Positions 1-9,254 of a stretch of 64,000 nt of DNA are shown in pieces; position 1 is the first letter of the stretch, and every line of letters begins with the position of its first letter. A program made the position numbers and the translations under genes. The stretch comes from Planctomycetota bacterium (GTDB lineage: Bacteria > Planctomycetota > UBA1135 > UBA2386): NCBI GenBank assembly GCA_965223545.1, contig OZ245006.1, positions 7,616,001 through 7,680,000 of the forward strand. Direction: 5' to 3'. Below the pieces are notes generated by a model. The model saw nothing but the letters and a program-made list of their open reading frames with translations. It made no database searches and was not told the origin of the DNA.

Positions 1-1022
1 CGTAGCCAGGAGACGAAGTGCTTCTCGGTCGGGAAAGCTTCGAGGTCGTAGCCGACCTCGGTGAGCACGATCATGGCCGTGCTCGGGCTGATACCGTCGA
101 TTCGCGTGAGATCACACCCGACGAGCCGGCAGAGGGCATCGCGAAGCTCCCGGCCGCCCTTCGTTCGGATGCTCCTCTCCTTGCGGGGGTCTGGATGCTC
201 GGGGACGTCGGCCGTCTTGGCTTCCTCCGGTTGCAGGTCCTCGATCATCGCCATCAATCGCTTCTCGACCGACTCGATCTCGTGGTCGGTGTGCTCGAGC
301 ATCCGCAAGCCCGAAGCGAGAGTGAAGATGTGCTCCTCGATCCAGGTCCCTTGCAAGTGATCCGCGAGCTCCTTCTCGGAGATCTTGCAGCGCGGATCAC
401 GCAGTCTGGCGAGCGCTCGAGGGTCGCGTTCACCAGCGAGAATCGCGCGGATGATCGCGAGGCCGGTCTTGCCGGTGATGTCCGTTACCGCGCGATGGAT
501 CGCCACGTTCATCTGATCCAGTGACCGCTGCATCAACTGCGTGTGGCGCGTGCGCTGCGCGATCAAAGACGCGGCATGGCGTTGCAGGGTCCGCAACGCA
601 CAGATGTCCTTCGGAGGCCGGAACGAAGCGCGAATGAGGCCATAGGTGTGTAGCTTCTGCAGCCAACTGCAATCGCTGGCATCGGACTTGGAGCGGCCCG
701 GCACGTTCTTCACCTCGCGGGCATTCGCGAGGATGACCTCGAAGCCTCTCGACTCGAGTAGCTCGTAGACGGGAATCCAGTAGACATAGGTGCTCTCCAT
801 CGCGACGGATCGCACTCCGAGCTCCTCCAGCCAGTCCGCGAGCGCCTCTAGCTGGGGCGTCGTCGTTCCGAATCGCTTGATCGGACGACTGCCGTCGGGT
901 GCTGCTGCGCACACCCAGTGCTCGCGGCTGCCGATGTCGATTCCGGCGGCGTTGGGCTTCACGACTGGCAATACTTCCGCTGCGGGCTTCTTGCCCTTCC
1001 TCGTTCTGCTCTTCCCAGCCAT
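1..1022 (-). CDS. IS110 family transposase/recombinase, copy 1 (C-terminal end lies outside the window)
   Basis: Matches 36180..37201 (offset 36179); the only difference noticed is at position 39 (D->E). Contains the DEDD RuvC-like motifs GIDIGS, AMEST and KSDASD. Confidence 0.93.
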   Translation of the reverse strand, partial: MAGKSRTRKGKKPAAEVLPVVKPNAAGIDIGSREHWVCAAAPDGSRPIKRFGTTTPQLEALADWLEELGVRSVAMESTYVYWIPVYELLESRGFEVILANAREVKNVPGRSKSDASDCSWLQKLHTYGLIRASFRPPKDICALRTLQRHAASLIAQRTRHTQLMQRSLDQMNVAIHRAVTDITGKTGLAIIRAILAGERDPRALARLRDPRCKISEKELADHLQGTWIEEHIFTLASGLRMLEHTDHEIESVEKRLMAMIEDLQPEEAKTADVPEHPDPRKERSIRTKGGRELRDALCRLVGCDLTRIDGISPSTAMIVLTEVGYDLEAFPTEKHFVSWL

Positions 1023-1044
1023 ACTTCATCCTCATTGTTGTGGT

Positions 1045-1197
1045 GGGCCCGGCCCGAGGCGGCGATCAAACGAATCTGACCTGCGGGAGTGGGCACGGCG
1101 ACGTGCCCCTCACCAGTGAAGGATGGCCAACTCGGACCCAGACTGGCTCTGGGGCAAACGTGCTCCAGTGGCTATTGGGGGCGTAGCTGCCGGGCCC
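1045..1197 (-). ncRNA. Candidate IS110 bridge/seek RNA (copy 1)
   Basis: Non-coding segment upstream of the recombinase, closed by the inverted repeat GGGCCCGGC (1045..1053) / GCCGGGCCC (1189..1197). It has internal hairpins and matches to the donor junction (CTGACCTG, 1076..1083) and target (CTGGCTC, 1143..1149). Boundaries are approximate. Confidence 0.6.
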
Positions 1198-1286
1198 CTC
1201 ACACGTTCCCCTCCCCCTTCCTCAGCGGCTAGTTTCCTGCCCTGAAGGGCCGACAAATCTGCCGGGGCAGGACTGGCTCCGTACGT

Positions 1287-3032
1287 TCAGGTGCCGAGGA
1301 GGGCCAGGGCTGCGGCGGGGCTCATCAGGGGGTGCAGGTGGAGCGCGCGGAGGTCGACCTTGTGCAGGCGGGCGCGCAGCTCCGCGCGCACGGTCTCGGC
1401 TTGGGCGTCGCTGCCCAGTGCGCGCAGGACGCGCGCGAGGGCGGCGCGGGGGAGCGGTGCTTCGGTGCCGACGTAGAGTTGCATGCGCTGGTTGAGCTCG
1501 TCGAGCAGCTCGCCGCGGCGCTGGTGCGCGGCGGCGCGCAGCGCGCCGCGCCAGACCGTGTGGCCGGTGCGCTGCAGGTGGGCTTCGGCGGCGGTCGCCG
1601 GCTGGTCGGTGCGCGCGATTTCACACAGGCCGTTGAGGTAGATCAGCGCGGCGCTGAGCACCGGTGCGCCGTCGTGGAGGGCTTCGAAGGCGGACAGCCG
1701 GACGGCCAAGTCCTCGTGCCGCCCGATCCAGACCAGGACCTCGCCGGCTTCGACCAGCTCCAAGGCGCGCGCGGAAAACTCGGATGGACGCCGGCGCAGC
1801 CACTCGAGGTCGGCGAGCAACGCGTCGGCGGCGCGATCGCCGCGGTCGGTGAGCAGGGCGTGGGCGGCGCGCATGCGGTACAGCTCGTGGCCGCCGGCGC
1901 CGTCGCCGGCGCGCGCCAGCCAGCGGTCGAGCAACCGGTCGAGCTCGTCGTGGCGGCCGGCGGCGTGCAGGGTGAGGGCGGTCGGCACCAGCGACAGATG
2001 CGGCGGGACGGTGCGCGCGGCGTCGCGGGCGGCGTCGACCGCCGCCTCTGCGTCGCCGGCGCAGAGCTCGGCGAAGGCCGCGTGGTAGGCGATCTCCGCG
2101 CTGCGCGGCCAGCGTGCGCGGAGCGTGCGCAGGGCGGGAAGAGACTCTTCGTAGCGTTGCAGCAGGTTGAGCGCGATCGCGCGCGTGCGCATCACGTGTG
2201 GGTCGTGCGGCCGCTCGCGGCTGGCGACGGTACCGAGGGTCAGCAGCTCCTCGTCGGCGGCGCGCGGATCGCCGGTGCGCGATGCGGCGACCAGGGCGGT
2301 GTGCGCCAAGCGGTGGCGGGTGGTGGGCGCGGTGCGGGAGGCGAGCTGTAGCGCCTGGGTCGCGCCGCGGCGCGCCTCTTCGACCGCCGCGCTGTCACCG
2401 CGCTCGCTGCCGCGCGCCAACAGGGCCTGCGCCAGCAGCGCCAGGGTGATGGTGCAGCCCGGGTCGAGCGTGCGCGCGCGGCGCAGGCGTTGGATGGCCG
2501 CCTCGGTGCGGCCGGCGGCGAGCTGACGCCAGCCGTCCTCGGTCTGTCGCACACAGTGGGCGTTGGCGCTGTAGATCGCCGCGCTCGCCAGCGGCAGCGC
2601 GCGCACCTCCTCGCCCAGCGCCTGGCGCGTGGCCAGCGCCAGCGCGTCGATCGCGACCGGGTCGTCGCCCCGCACGCCGGCGAGCGGTAGCGGAGGCTGA
2701 CCGGGGCGCCGCAGCGTCGAGCTCAGCGCCGGCGCCCGTGGGTCGCAGAACAGCTCGATCGTGTGTTCTGCCGCCTCGAGATCTTCGACCCCGCTGGCGA
2801 CGTCGAACCGGGGGCTCTGGCGCAGTGCTTCTCGCCAGAGCCCGTCGAAGAACGCCGCGGGCACCTCGGCTGTGGCCTCCACCGGCGCAAGCCGGAGCAG
2901 GGTACCGGCCGCCAGCGCGATCTGCTGCGGTGCCGGCGCTGGCATCGGCCGTTCGGGAGTCGATGCGGGGCCCGAGCAACCGGCGACGGCCAGCGGCACC
3001 AGGGCGAACGGAGCGCGAAGGACGAATTGCAA
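1287..3032 (-). CDS. TPR-like helical repeat lipoprotein
   Basis: 581-aa ORF with an N-terminal lipobox-like LAVAGC and Ala/Leu-rich TPR-like helices (AAIQRLRRARTLDP). The TTG start is uncertain. Confidence 0.65.
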   Translation of the reverse strand: MQFVLRAPFALVPLAVAGCSGPASTPERPMPAPAPQQIALAAGTLLRLAPVEATAEVPAAFFDGLWREALRQSPRFDVASGVEDLEAAEHTIELFCDPRAPALSSTLRRPGQPPLPLAGVRGDDPVAIDALALATRQALGEEVRALPLASAAIYSANAHCVRQTEDGWRQLAAGRTEAAIQRLRRARTLDPGCTITLALLAQALLARGSERGDSAAVEEARRGATQALQLASRTAPTTRHRLAHTALVAASRTGDPRAADEELLTLGTVASRERPHDPHVMRTRAIALNLLQRYEESLPALRTLRARWPRSAEIAYHAAFAELCAGDAEAAVDAARDAARTVPPHLSLVPTALTLHAAGRHDELDRLLDRWLARAGDGAGGHELYRMRAAHALLTDRGDRAADALLADLEWLRRRPSEFSARALELVEAGEVLVWIGRHEDLAVRLSAFEALHDGAPVLSAALIYLNGLCEIARTDQPATAAEAHLQRTGHTVWRGALRAAAHQRRGELLDELNQRMQLYVGTEAPLPRAALARVLRALGSDAQAETVRAELRARLHKVDLRALHLHPLMSPAAALALLGT

Positions 3033-3116
3033 AGCGGGGTCAGTCTACGCCCTCTCGTGGCGGTCGCTGAGGATCCGAGGTTGGCGTCTGCAGGGCCAAA
3101 TGTCGAAGGAAGGGAC

Positions 3117-3929
3117 ATGTTGTCGATGCTGATGCTGGGGTTGGCCGCCTGCCCGCAGTCGCCGGTCTCGCCGCCGAACCCACCGGCCGCCGACGCGGCG
3201 CCGTTGAGCGGCGATCGGCTGGGCTCGCCGCTCGCCGACGTGTGGCAGGCGGTGGGCAACCCGTCCAGCCTGCACGATCAGCGTTGCGTCCAGGCGCAGA
3301 TCCTGGTCCAGGTGTTCGGCCACGACGGCCGCGTGCTGGCGACCTTCAATGCGCTGCACCAGGCGGATCTGTCGGAGCCCGACCGCGACCGCCTCGTGCT
3401 CCGTGGCGGCGAGCTGGTGCACGGCCGGGCCGAGCGCAGCGCGCCGTGGACCGAGGTCGACGGCGTGCCCCGCAAGCAGCCCGCACCGGACGCCGTCGCG
3501 CAGCTCGACCTGTTCGGTTTGCTGCTGCGCGCGCCCTGGGTGTTCGCCGAGCCCGGTTTCGCGGTGAGTCCGCCGCGCCGTGTGCGGCGCGAAGAAACCG
3601 ACTACGAGGTCATCGATATCGTCAACGAGCGGCCGGCGGCGGCCGAGGGCGAGGGCGGTGCGCGCGACGTGTTCGAGCTGTGGTGCGAGCCGGAGACCAT
3701 GCTGCCGCTCGAGCTGCGCTACGCGCTCGCCGGCCGCACTTGGCGCCGGGTCCGGTTCTCGCAGTACCAAACCCTCGGCTGGCTGCGGTTCCCGGTGCGG
3801 CGCACCGTGCTCAGTGACAACGGCGTGCCGCTGATCGACCTCGAGGTGAAGCGGATGAGCTGCCAGCAGCAGATCCCGCTGGAGAAGTTCCGCGCCGTCC
3901 AGCTCGACACCCCGGCGGCGCCGCGCTAA
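3117..3929 (+). CDS. Hypothetical lipoprotein (possible LolA-like beta fold)
   Basis: ATG at 3117 after purine-rich GAAGGAAGGG; lipobox LAAC; C-terminus VRFSQYQTLGWLRFPVRRTV resembles outer-membrane lipoprotein-sorting-like proteins. Confidence 0.55.
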   Translation: MLSMLMLGLAACPQSPVSPPNPPAADAAPLSGDRLGSPLADVWQAVGNPSSLHDQRCVQAQILVQVFGHDGRVLATFNALHQADLSEPDRDRLVLRGGELVHGRAERSAPWTEVDGVPRKQPAPDAVAQLDLFGLLLRAPWVFAEPGFAVSPPRRVRREETDYEVIDIVNERPAAAEGEGGARDVFELWCEPETMLPLELRYALAGRTWRRVRFSQYQTLGWLRFPVRRTVLSDNGVPLIDLEVKRMSCQQQIPLEKFRAVQLDTPAAPR

Positions 3930-3939
3930 CGATGGCGCC

Positions 3940-5610
3940 ATGGCGCGCTACTCGGTCGGGTTGGACTTCGGCACGTCCGCGGTCCGCTGTGTCGTCGTCG
4001 ACTTGGACTCGGCCGCCGAGGTCGGGGTCGGGAGCCACGCCTACCGCCGCGGCGAGCACGGCGTGGTGTTGGACGCCGCCGACCCCAACCTCGCCCGGCA
4101 GTGGCCAGGCGACTATCGGCACGGCCTGCGGGCATCGCTGGGCGCGGCGTTGGGCGCCGCGCGGCGCGCGGTCGGGCTGACGCCGGAGCAGGTCGTCGGC
4201 ATCGGCGTGGACACCACCGGCAGCACGCCGTTGCCGGTCGACGCGCACGGCGTGCCGTTGGCGGAGCGCGCGGAGTTCGCGGCGGAGCCAGCGGCGATGG
4301 CTTGGCTGTGGAAGGACCACACCGCGGCGGCCGAGGCCGAGGAGATCACCGCGCTCGCCGGCCGGATGCGGCCGGAGTACCTGGCGCGCTGCGGCGGCAC
4401 CTACAGCTCGGAGTGGTTCTGGGCCAAGGTGCTGCGTTGCGCGCGCACTGCGCCTTCGGTGTTCGAGGCGGCGCATTCGTTCGTCGAGCTCTGCGACCAC
4501 GTGCCGGGGTTGCTGGTCGGCGCGGCCGCACCCGAGCAGCTGCGGCGCAGCGTCTGCGCGGCGGGCCACAAGGCGATGTACGCCGAGGACTGGGGTGGCT
4601 TGCCGGACGAGGAGTTCCTCGCCGCGCTCGACGATCGGTTGGTGGGGCTGCGCCGCCGGCTGTACGAGCGCGCGTTCACCGCCGACCAACGCGCGGGCGG
4701 CCTGGCGGCCGGTCTGGCCGGCGAGCTCGGGCTGGCGCCGGGTACGCCGGTGGCGGTCGGGGCGTTCGACGCCCACCTCGGCGCCGTCGGCGCTGGCATC
4801 CGTCCTGGTGAGCTGGTCAAGGTGATGGGCACCTCGACCTGTGACATGGCGGTGGCGCCCCTGACCGAGCTGCCGCCCATCGACGGGCTGTGTGGCATCG
4901 TGCGGGGCTCGATCTTGCCCGACCACGCCGGCTTCGAGGCCGGCCAGTCGGCGGTCGGTGACATCTTCGAGTGGTGTGCGGCGCACCTCGGCGGGGACCA
5001 TGCGACGCTGAGCCAGGGGGCGGCGGCGCTGCGCGCCGGCGAGAGCGGTCTGCTGGCGCTCGACTGGCACAACGGCAACCGCTGTGTCCTGGTCGACCCC
5101 GCGTTGAGTGGCGCCGTGCTCGGCCTGAGTCTGGCGACGACCGGCGCCGAGCTGTACCGCGCCTACATCGAGGCGACCGCGTTCGGTGCGCGCGTCATCG
5201 CCGACCGCTTGGTCGCGCACGGCGTCGCCGTCGACGCGGTCGTCGCCTGCGGTGGAATCGCCGCCAAGAGCGATCTCGTGCTGCAGATCTACGCCGACGT
5301 CCTGAACCGCCGCGTCGAGGTCTGCGGCTCACAGGAGACCTGTGCGCTGGGTGCTGCGATCATGGCGGCGGTGGCAGGCGGTGCGTTCGCGGACGTCGGT
5401 GCGGCACAGCACGCGTTGGTCCCGAAACGAGACCGCGCGTTCGCGCCGCGCGCGGACGAAGCCGCGGTGTACGACAGACTGTTCGACTGCTATCTGCGCA
5501 TCCACGACGCTTTCGGGGGCGTTGGCCACCCGGACCTGGGTGCAGTGATGAAGCGTTTGCTCGAAGAGCGACGCCGGGCGCGTTGCGGCCGTGGCCGTGC
5601 TGAGACGTGA
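3940..5610 (+). CDS. araB: Ribulokinase (FGGY family)
   Basis: Motifs GLDFGTSAVR, GIGVDTTGSTP, WKDHTA, YSSEWFWAK, GAFDAH, MGTSTC, ALDWHNGNR. Confidence 0.92.
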   Translation: MARYSVGLDFGTSAVRCVVVDLDSAAEVGVGSHAYRRGEHGVVLDAADPNLARQWPGDYRHGLRASLGAALGAARRAVGLTPEQVVGIGVDTTGSTPLPVDAHGVPLAERAEFAAEPAAMAWLWKDHTAAAEAEEITALAGRMRPEYLARCGGTYSSEWFWAKVLRCARTAPSVFEAAHSFVELCDHVPGLLVGAAAPEQLRRSVCAAGHKAMYAEDWGGLPDEEFLAALDDRLVGLRRRLYERAFTADQRAGGLAAGLAGELGLAPGTPVAVGAFDAHLGAVGAGIRPGELVKVMGTSTCDMAVAPLTELPPIDGLCGIVRGSILPDHAGFEAGQSAVGDIFEWCAAHLGGDHATLSQGAAALRAGESGLLALDWHNGNRCVLVDPALSGAVLGLSLATTGAELYRAYIEATAFGARVIADRLVAHGVAVDAVVACGGIAAKSDLVLQIYADVLNRRVEVCGSQETCALGAAIMAAVAGGAFADVGAAQHALVPKRDRAFAPRADEAAVYDRLFDCYLRIHDAFGGVGHPDLGAVMKRLLEERRRARCGRGRAET

Positions 5611-5976
5611 GGTTTTTCCGAGTTCCGTGGCTCCCTTGCCGGCGGCGTCATGCGCGTGCCTTCAAGTTTGGCCGGGCGGCGCAGCCGATAGAGCGGGTGC
5701 GGGTGACTTCGGTCGTCCGTGGTCGCCGGTCAGCCGCCGTGGGGGGGCGGAGCCGGGGGCCGCGAAGGTCGTGCGGGAGACAGGGGACCTTCGCAACCTG
5801 CTCTTCTCTGTGTGGGGACCGGAGGGGAGGAGGGCCGGAGCCGCGAACCGGTGCCTGGGGGGGGGCCGACGCGGCCGGGCGCCCGCGGTGCCTACTCGCG
5901 CCACCGCGGGATTGCCTTTTAATCCGCACCCAACGCGGTCTTGCCAACGGCGCGCCGAGCACGAAGATCAGCGCCG

Positions 5977-8226
5977 ATGCGTTGGGTGGTTGGGCTCCTG
6001 CTCTTGGCTGGCTGCGGTGCGACCGGCAGCCTGCTCCTGCCGGCGATGCTGCGCGAGCCGTCGGCCCACGATGGCGCGGACGGTGTCTGGATGGCGCGGC
6101 GCTTGTTCGAACGCGGGGAGCCGCGGCGCGCGCTCGCGGCGGTCGGCGAGGTCCTCGAGCGACATCCCGACGCGGTCGACGCCGCGCGGCTGCGGCAGGA
6201 CATCCTGCGGGCGCGGGGTCGGTTCGGGCTGGTGCGTTGGGAGGCCGAGCAACGGCTCGCCGCGGCACCGGCCTCGGCGGCGGCGCACTACCTCTCCGGC
6301 CGGCTGCAGCCGGCGGACTCGGCCAAGCGCGCCGCCTTCGCCCGCGCCACCGCATTGGATCCGCATTCGTTCTGGGGTTGGCTCGGCAGTGCGTACTCCC
6401 TGCGTGGCGAAGATCTGTCGGCGGCGCTGACGACCTATTCGTGGTTGTGGCATCGCTCCGAGCAGCACCCGCTCGCTGCGGTCGCCTTCGCCGCCGCCCT
6501 GCGCGAGGGCAATCAGCTCGACGATGCGGTCGCGGTCTACACCGCGCTCTGCGGCGATGACCGCAACCCCGGCGTCGGCGAGCTCGGCTTGGCCGAGGTC
6601 TACACCGCGCGCGATCAGCTCGACCTGGCTTGGCCGATGCTGTTGTCGGCGATCGAGCTGCGGCCGTTCGACGGCGGCGTCGGTCGCCTGTTGTCGCAGT
6701 ACGTCAGCCGTGGCTTGCCCGAGCACCGGCTCGAAGAGCTGGTCTCCACGGTCCGGCGCGAGCCCGCACGGCAGGCGGCGCTGAGCCGGGGCGGGGGAGC
6801 GTTGCCGGTGGCGCAGCTGTTCGCCGCGGCCGGCGACCCGCCAGCGGCGCTGGAGGTGCTCGGTGGCGATCCGCACAGCCGGTCGGTGCCGGGCGCGCGG
6901 CGGTTGTGGTGGCAGCTGTTGCTGGCGCGCGGCGACGTCGCCGGCTACCTGCAAGACCTGCGCGACTGGTTGCCCTTGTGGTTGATCGACGACGAGCGCA
7001 ACCAGCTGCGCGGTCGCTGGCGGGCGCTGCTCGACGGCGCGTGGATGACGGCGGAGGCACCGCTCGGCGACGCCAGCGAGGCTGCGCGGCTGGTGCGTGC
7101 TCTCCTCGACGTGGGCCTGCTGGAGGCGGCCGAGCGGATCGGCACGCTGGCGATCGCCGCCCACAGCAGCGCTTCGCGCGGCGCGCGGGCGACTCTCGAG
7201 CAGGTTCGCGCCGAAGCCAGCCGCGAACGCGCGTTCGAGGGCGCCGTCCGGCGCACCCTGTACCGCGGCTACGCGGCGGTGGAGCCGCGCGGCCTCGACG
7301 CCGTTCTGCAGGAGCTCCGCCGGCACAGCCAAAAGATCCTCGGCGTCGACGTGGTCGGCCGACCAGAGCGCTTCGAGTTGCCGTTCGTCGGCGAGCTGCT
7401 CGACCCGTTCGCCGAGGGACTGTGCGCGCACTTTGCCAAGTACAACCGTCACCTGGTGCTCGGCGAGCGCCAAGGGCGCTCCGCCGAGGGCTTGATGTTG
7501 GTGCGGTTGTCGATGACCGAGCTGCCGCCGGACTCCGATCTACCGCTCGAGGGCCGCGCGCTCGAAGTCGTCGGCGAAGACCGCCGGATCCGCTCGTTGT
7601 CCGGGGCGTACGGCGGCGATCTCGCTGGCGTCGCGCTGCTCAACCACTACGTGGTCGACATGGACTCGGTCCGCGAATGGGCGGAAGAGCTCCTGGAACG
7701 CCGTCGGATTGCGCGCGCGGATCGCAGCGCCATCGCCGACGACCCGCTGCCCGACAGCGTGGACACGCTCGACCCCGTCGGCGTGCACTGGCGTCTGGGG
7801 CTGCAGTCGCCGGTCGAGGATGAAGGTCTACAGGCCGCCGTCCTCGACGTGATCCGCTGGCACGAGCGCGCGCATCTGGTGGACGTCTTCCACTACCTAC
7901 CGCTGGAGGCCAACCTGGGGCGGATCGCCGGCTTGTTGGTGGAGAACGGCTTCAGCGCGGCCTCGGTCGAGGCGGAGCTCGAGGCGCGGGCGGAGACGGC
8001 GGCGCTCGCCCTCAGCGCCCATCCACGGTTGGTGCTGGCGCACCTGGCCGTCTTCCTCGAGGGACAGTCGACGACACCGCACGGGGTCGGTTTCCGGCGC
8101 GCGTCGCGCCGGCTGGCAGAGGCGATGGCCGCCCGCGGCCTGGATTCGCGCGCCAGCCGATGGCACCGGGCAGACCCCGAGGAGATTCGCCAGATTGCGC
8201 GAGAGCTGCTGGCGCGGCAGTGGTAG
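5977..8226 (+). CDS. TPR-containing lipoprotein with C-terminal HExxH motif
   Basis: ATG at 5977 gives MRWVVGLLLLAGC (lipobox); TPR-like N-terminal half; HERAH followed by downstream Glu residues (ELEARAE). Confidence 0.65.
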   Translation: MRWVVGLLLLAGCGATGSLLLPAMLREPSAHDGADGVWMARRLFERGEPRRALAAVGEVLERHPDAVDAARLRQDILRARGRFGLVRWEAEQRLAAAPASAAAHYLSGRLQPADSAKRAAFARATALDPHSFWGWLGSAYSLRGEDLSAALTTYSWLWHRSEQHPLAAVAFAAALREGNQLDDAVAVYTALCGDDRNPGVGELGLAEVYTARDQLDLAWPMLLSAIELRPFDGGVGRLLSQYVSRGLPEHRLEELVSTVRREPARQAALSRGGGALPVAQLFAAAGDPPAALEVLGGDPHSRSVPGARRLWWQLLLARGDVAGYLQDLRDWLPLWLIDDERNQLRGRWRALLDGAWMTAEAPLGDASEAARLVRALLDVGLLEAAERIGTLAIAAHSSASRGARATLEQVRAEASRERAFEGAVRRTLYRGYAAVEPRGLDAVLQELRRHSQKILGVDVVGRPERFELPFVGELLDPFAEGLCAHFAKYNRHLVLGERQGRSAEGLMLVRLSMTELPPDSDLPLEGRALEVVGEDRRIRSLSGAYGGDLAGVALLNHYVVDMDSVREWAEELLERRRIARADRSAIADDPLPDSVDTLDPVGVHWRLGLQSPVEDEGLQAAVLDVIRWHERAHLVDVFHYLPLEANLGRIAGLLVENGFSAASVEAELEARAETAALALSAHPRLVLAHLAVFLEGQSTTPHGVGFRRASRRLAEAMAARGLDSRASRWHRADPEEIRQIARELLARQW

Positions 8227-8465
8227 GGCCGTGTGCCGGGCGCCGAGCTGCCAATGCTGTCGTGCGGTCGGGCGGCGGCGGCGGTACGATGGCGCGCGCA
8301 ACGCCGGATGTCCGGCGGAGCGGAACGGAAGTTGTAGCCGATAGGTGCAATGAAGTTCCGATCGACGGGCAGAATCGCGCCGGTCGCGGCGTCCGACGAC
8401 CCGATGGCACTTTGGTCCGGGTCGGCCGCGTCGCGCATTCGCCCTTGAGCCCACGGGATCGCGCC

Positions 8466-9254
8466 ATGAAACAACACCATCTCACCGCTGCTTCACTCGT
8501 CTGTTGGCTGACCGTTGCCGTCGCGCCGGCACAGGACAAGAAGCCCGATCCCGATCCCGATCTGCCCGGCCAGCTGAAGGAGTTCAAGGCTGCTGCCGAG
8601 GATCGCGATCGCGACAAGGACTCCGTGGCGACCGAGTTCATCGATCGCTTCCTGATCGCCTACCCCGGCATGCACAGCAAGGATCAGAAGGCCGTGCGCG
8701 GGGCACTGAAGGCGACGCTCGAGTCGGCCCGCGTGCGCCGGGATCCGGAGCAGAAGGGCATCTTCGTCGCCGCTGCCTACGCGCTGGGGCAGATGGGGGC
8801 CGACGGCGCCAAGATCCTGGCGCGCGCCTACGACCACAAGAAGTTCAAGCCGGAGCGCGACTGGGTCGAGCTGCGGGCGGTGTTCCTCAAGAACATCGGC
8901 AAGACCAAGGACCCCAAGCAGGTCGACTTCCTGCTCGAACGCGCGCTGCGCGATCACTCCGATCACATCCTGCGCGCCGCCGGCGAGGCGCTGGGCAACT
9001 ACCACGAGGCCAACGAGCGCGTCCGCAAGGAGATCGCCAAGGAGCTGATCAAGAAATACAACGAGGTGCACGGTCAGTCGCTCGCCAGCCTCGACCCCGG
9101 CGACCCGCAGGTGAAGCGGGCGAAGGAGACGCTGGCGGCGATCTCACGCGACTGGAACCAGTCGCTCCAGCAGATCACCGGACAGGACATCAAGGCCGCA
9201 GACGAGTGGCTGCACTTCTGGAACAAGAACAAGGGCGAGCGCTGGGACAAGTGA
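8466..9254 (+). CDS. Secreted HEAT-repeat protein
   Basis: Signal-peptide-like N-terminus; HEAT-like units AAAYALGQMG and RAAGEALGNY; strong GC3 codon bias. Confidence 0.7.
   Translation: MKQHHLTAASLVCWLTVAVAPAQDKKPDPDPDLPGQLKEFKAAAEDRDRDKDSVATEFIDRFLIAYPGMHSKDQKAVRGALKATLESARVRRDPEQKGIFVAAAYALGQMGADGAKILARAYDHKKFKPERDWVELRAVFLKNIGKTKDPKQVDFLLERALRDHSDHILRAAGEALGNYHEANERVRKEIAKELIKKYNEVHGQSLASLDPGDPQVKRAKETLAAISRDWNQSLQQITGQDIKAADEWLHFWNKNKGERWDK

Larger units (their letters stand above)
1..1275 (-). mobile_element. IS110 element, copy 1 (partial, runs off the window start)
   Basis: Identity with copy 2 extends through the non-coding end to the CTG core at 1273..1275, followed by the same target half-site GCTCCGTACGT. 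Confidence 0.88.

Noticed and set aside
5611..5976. GC-rich intergenic region with a G run as a possible ncRNA or riboswitch
   Set aside because: No recognisable conserved motif; the hairpins are what would be expected from base composition alone.
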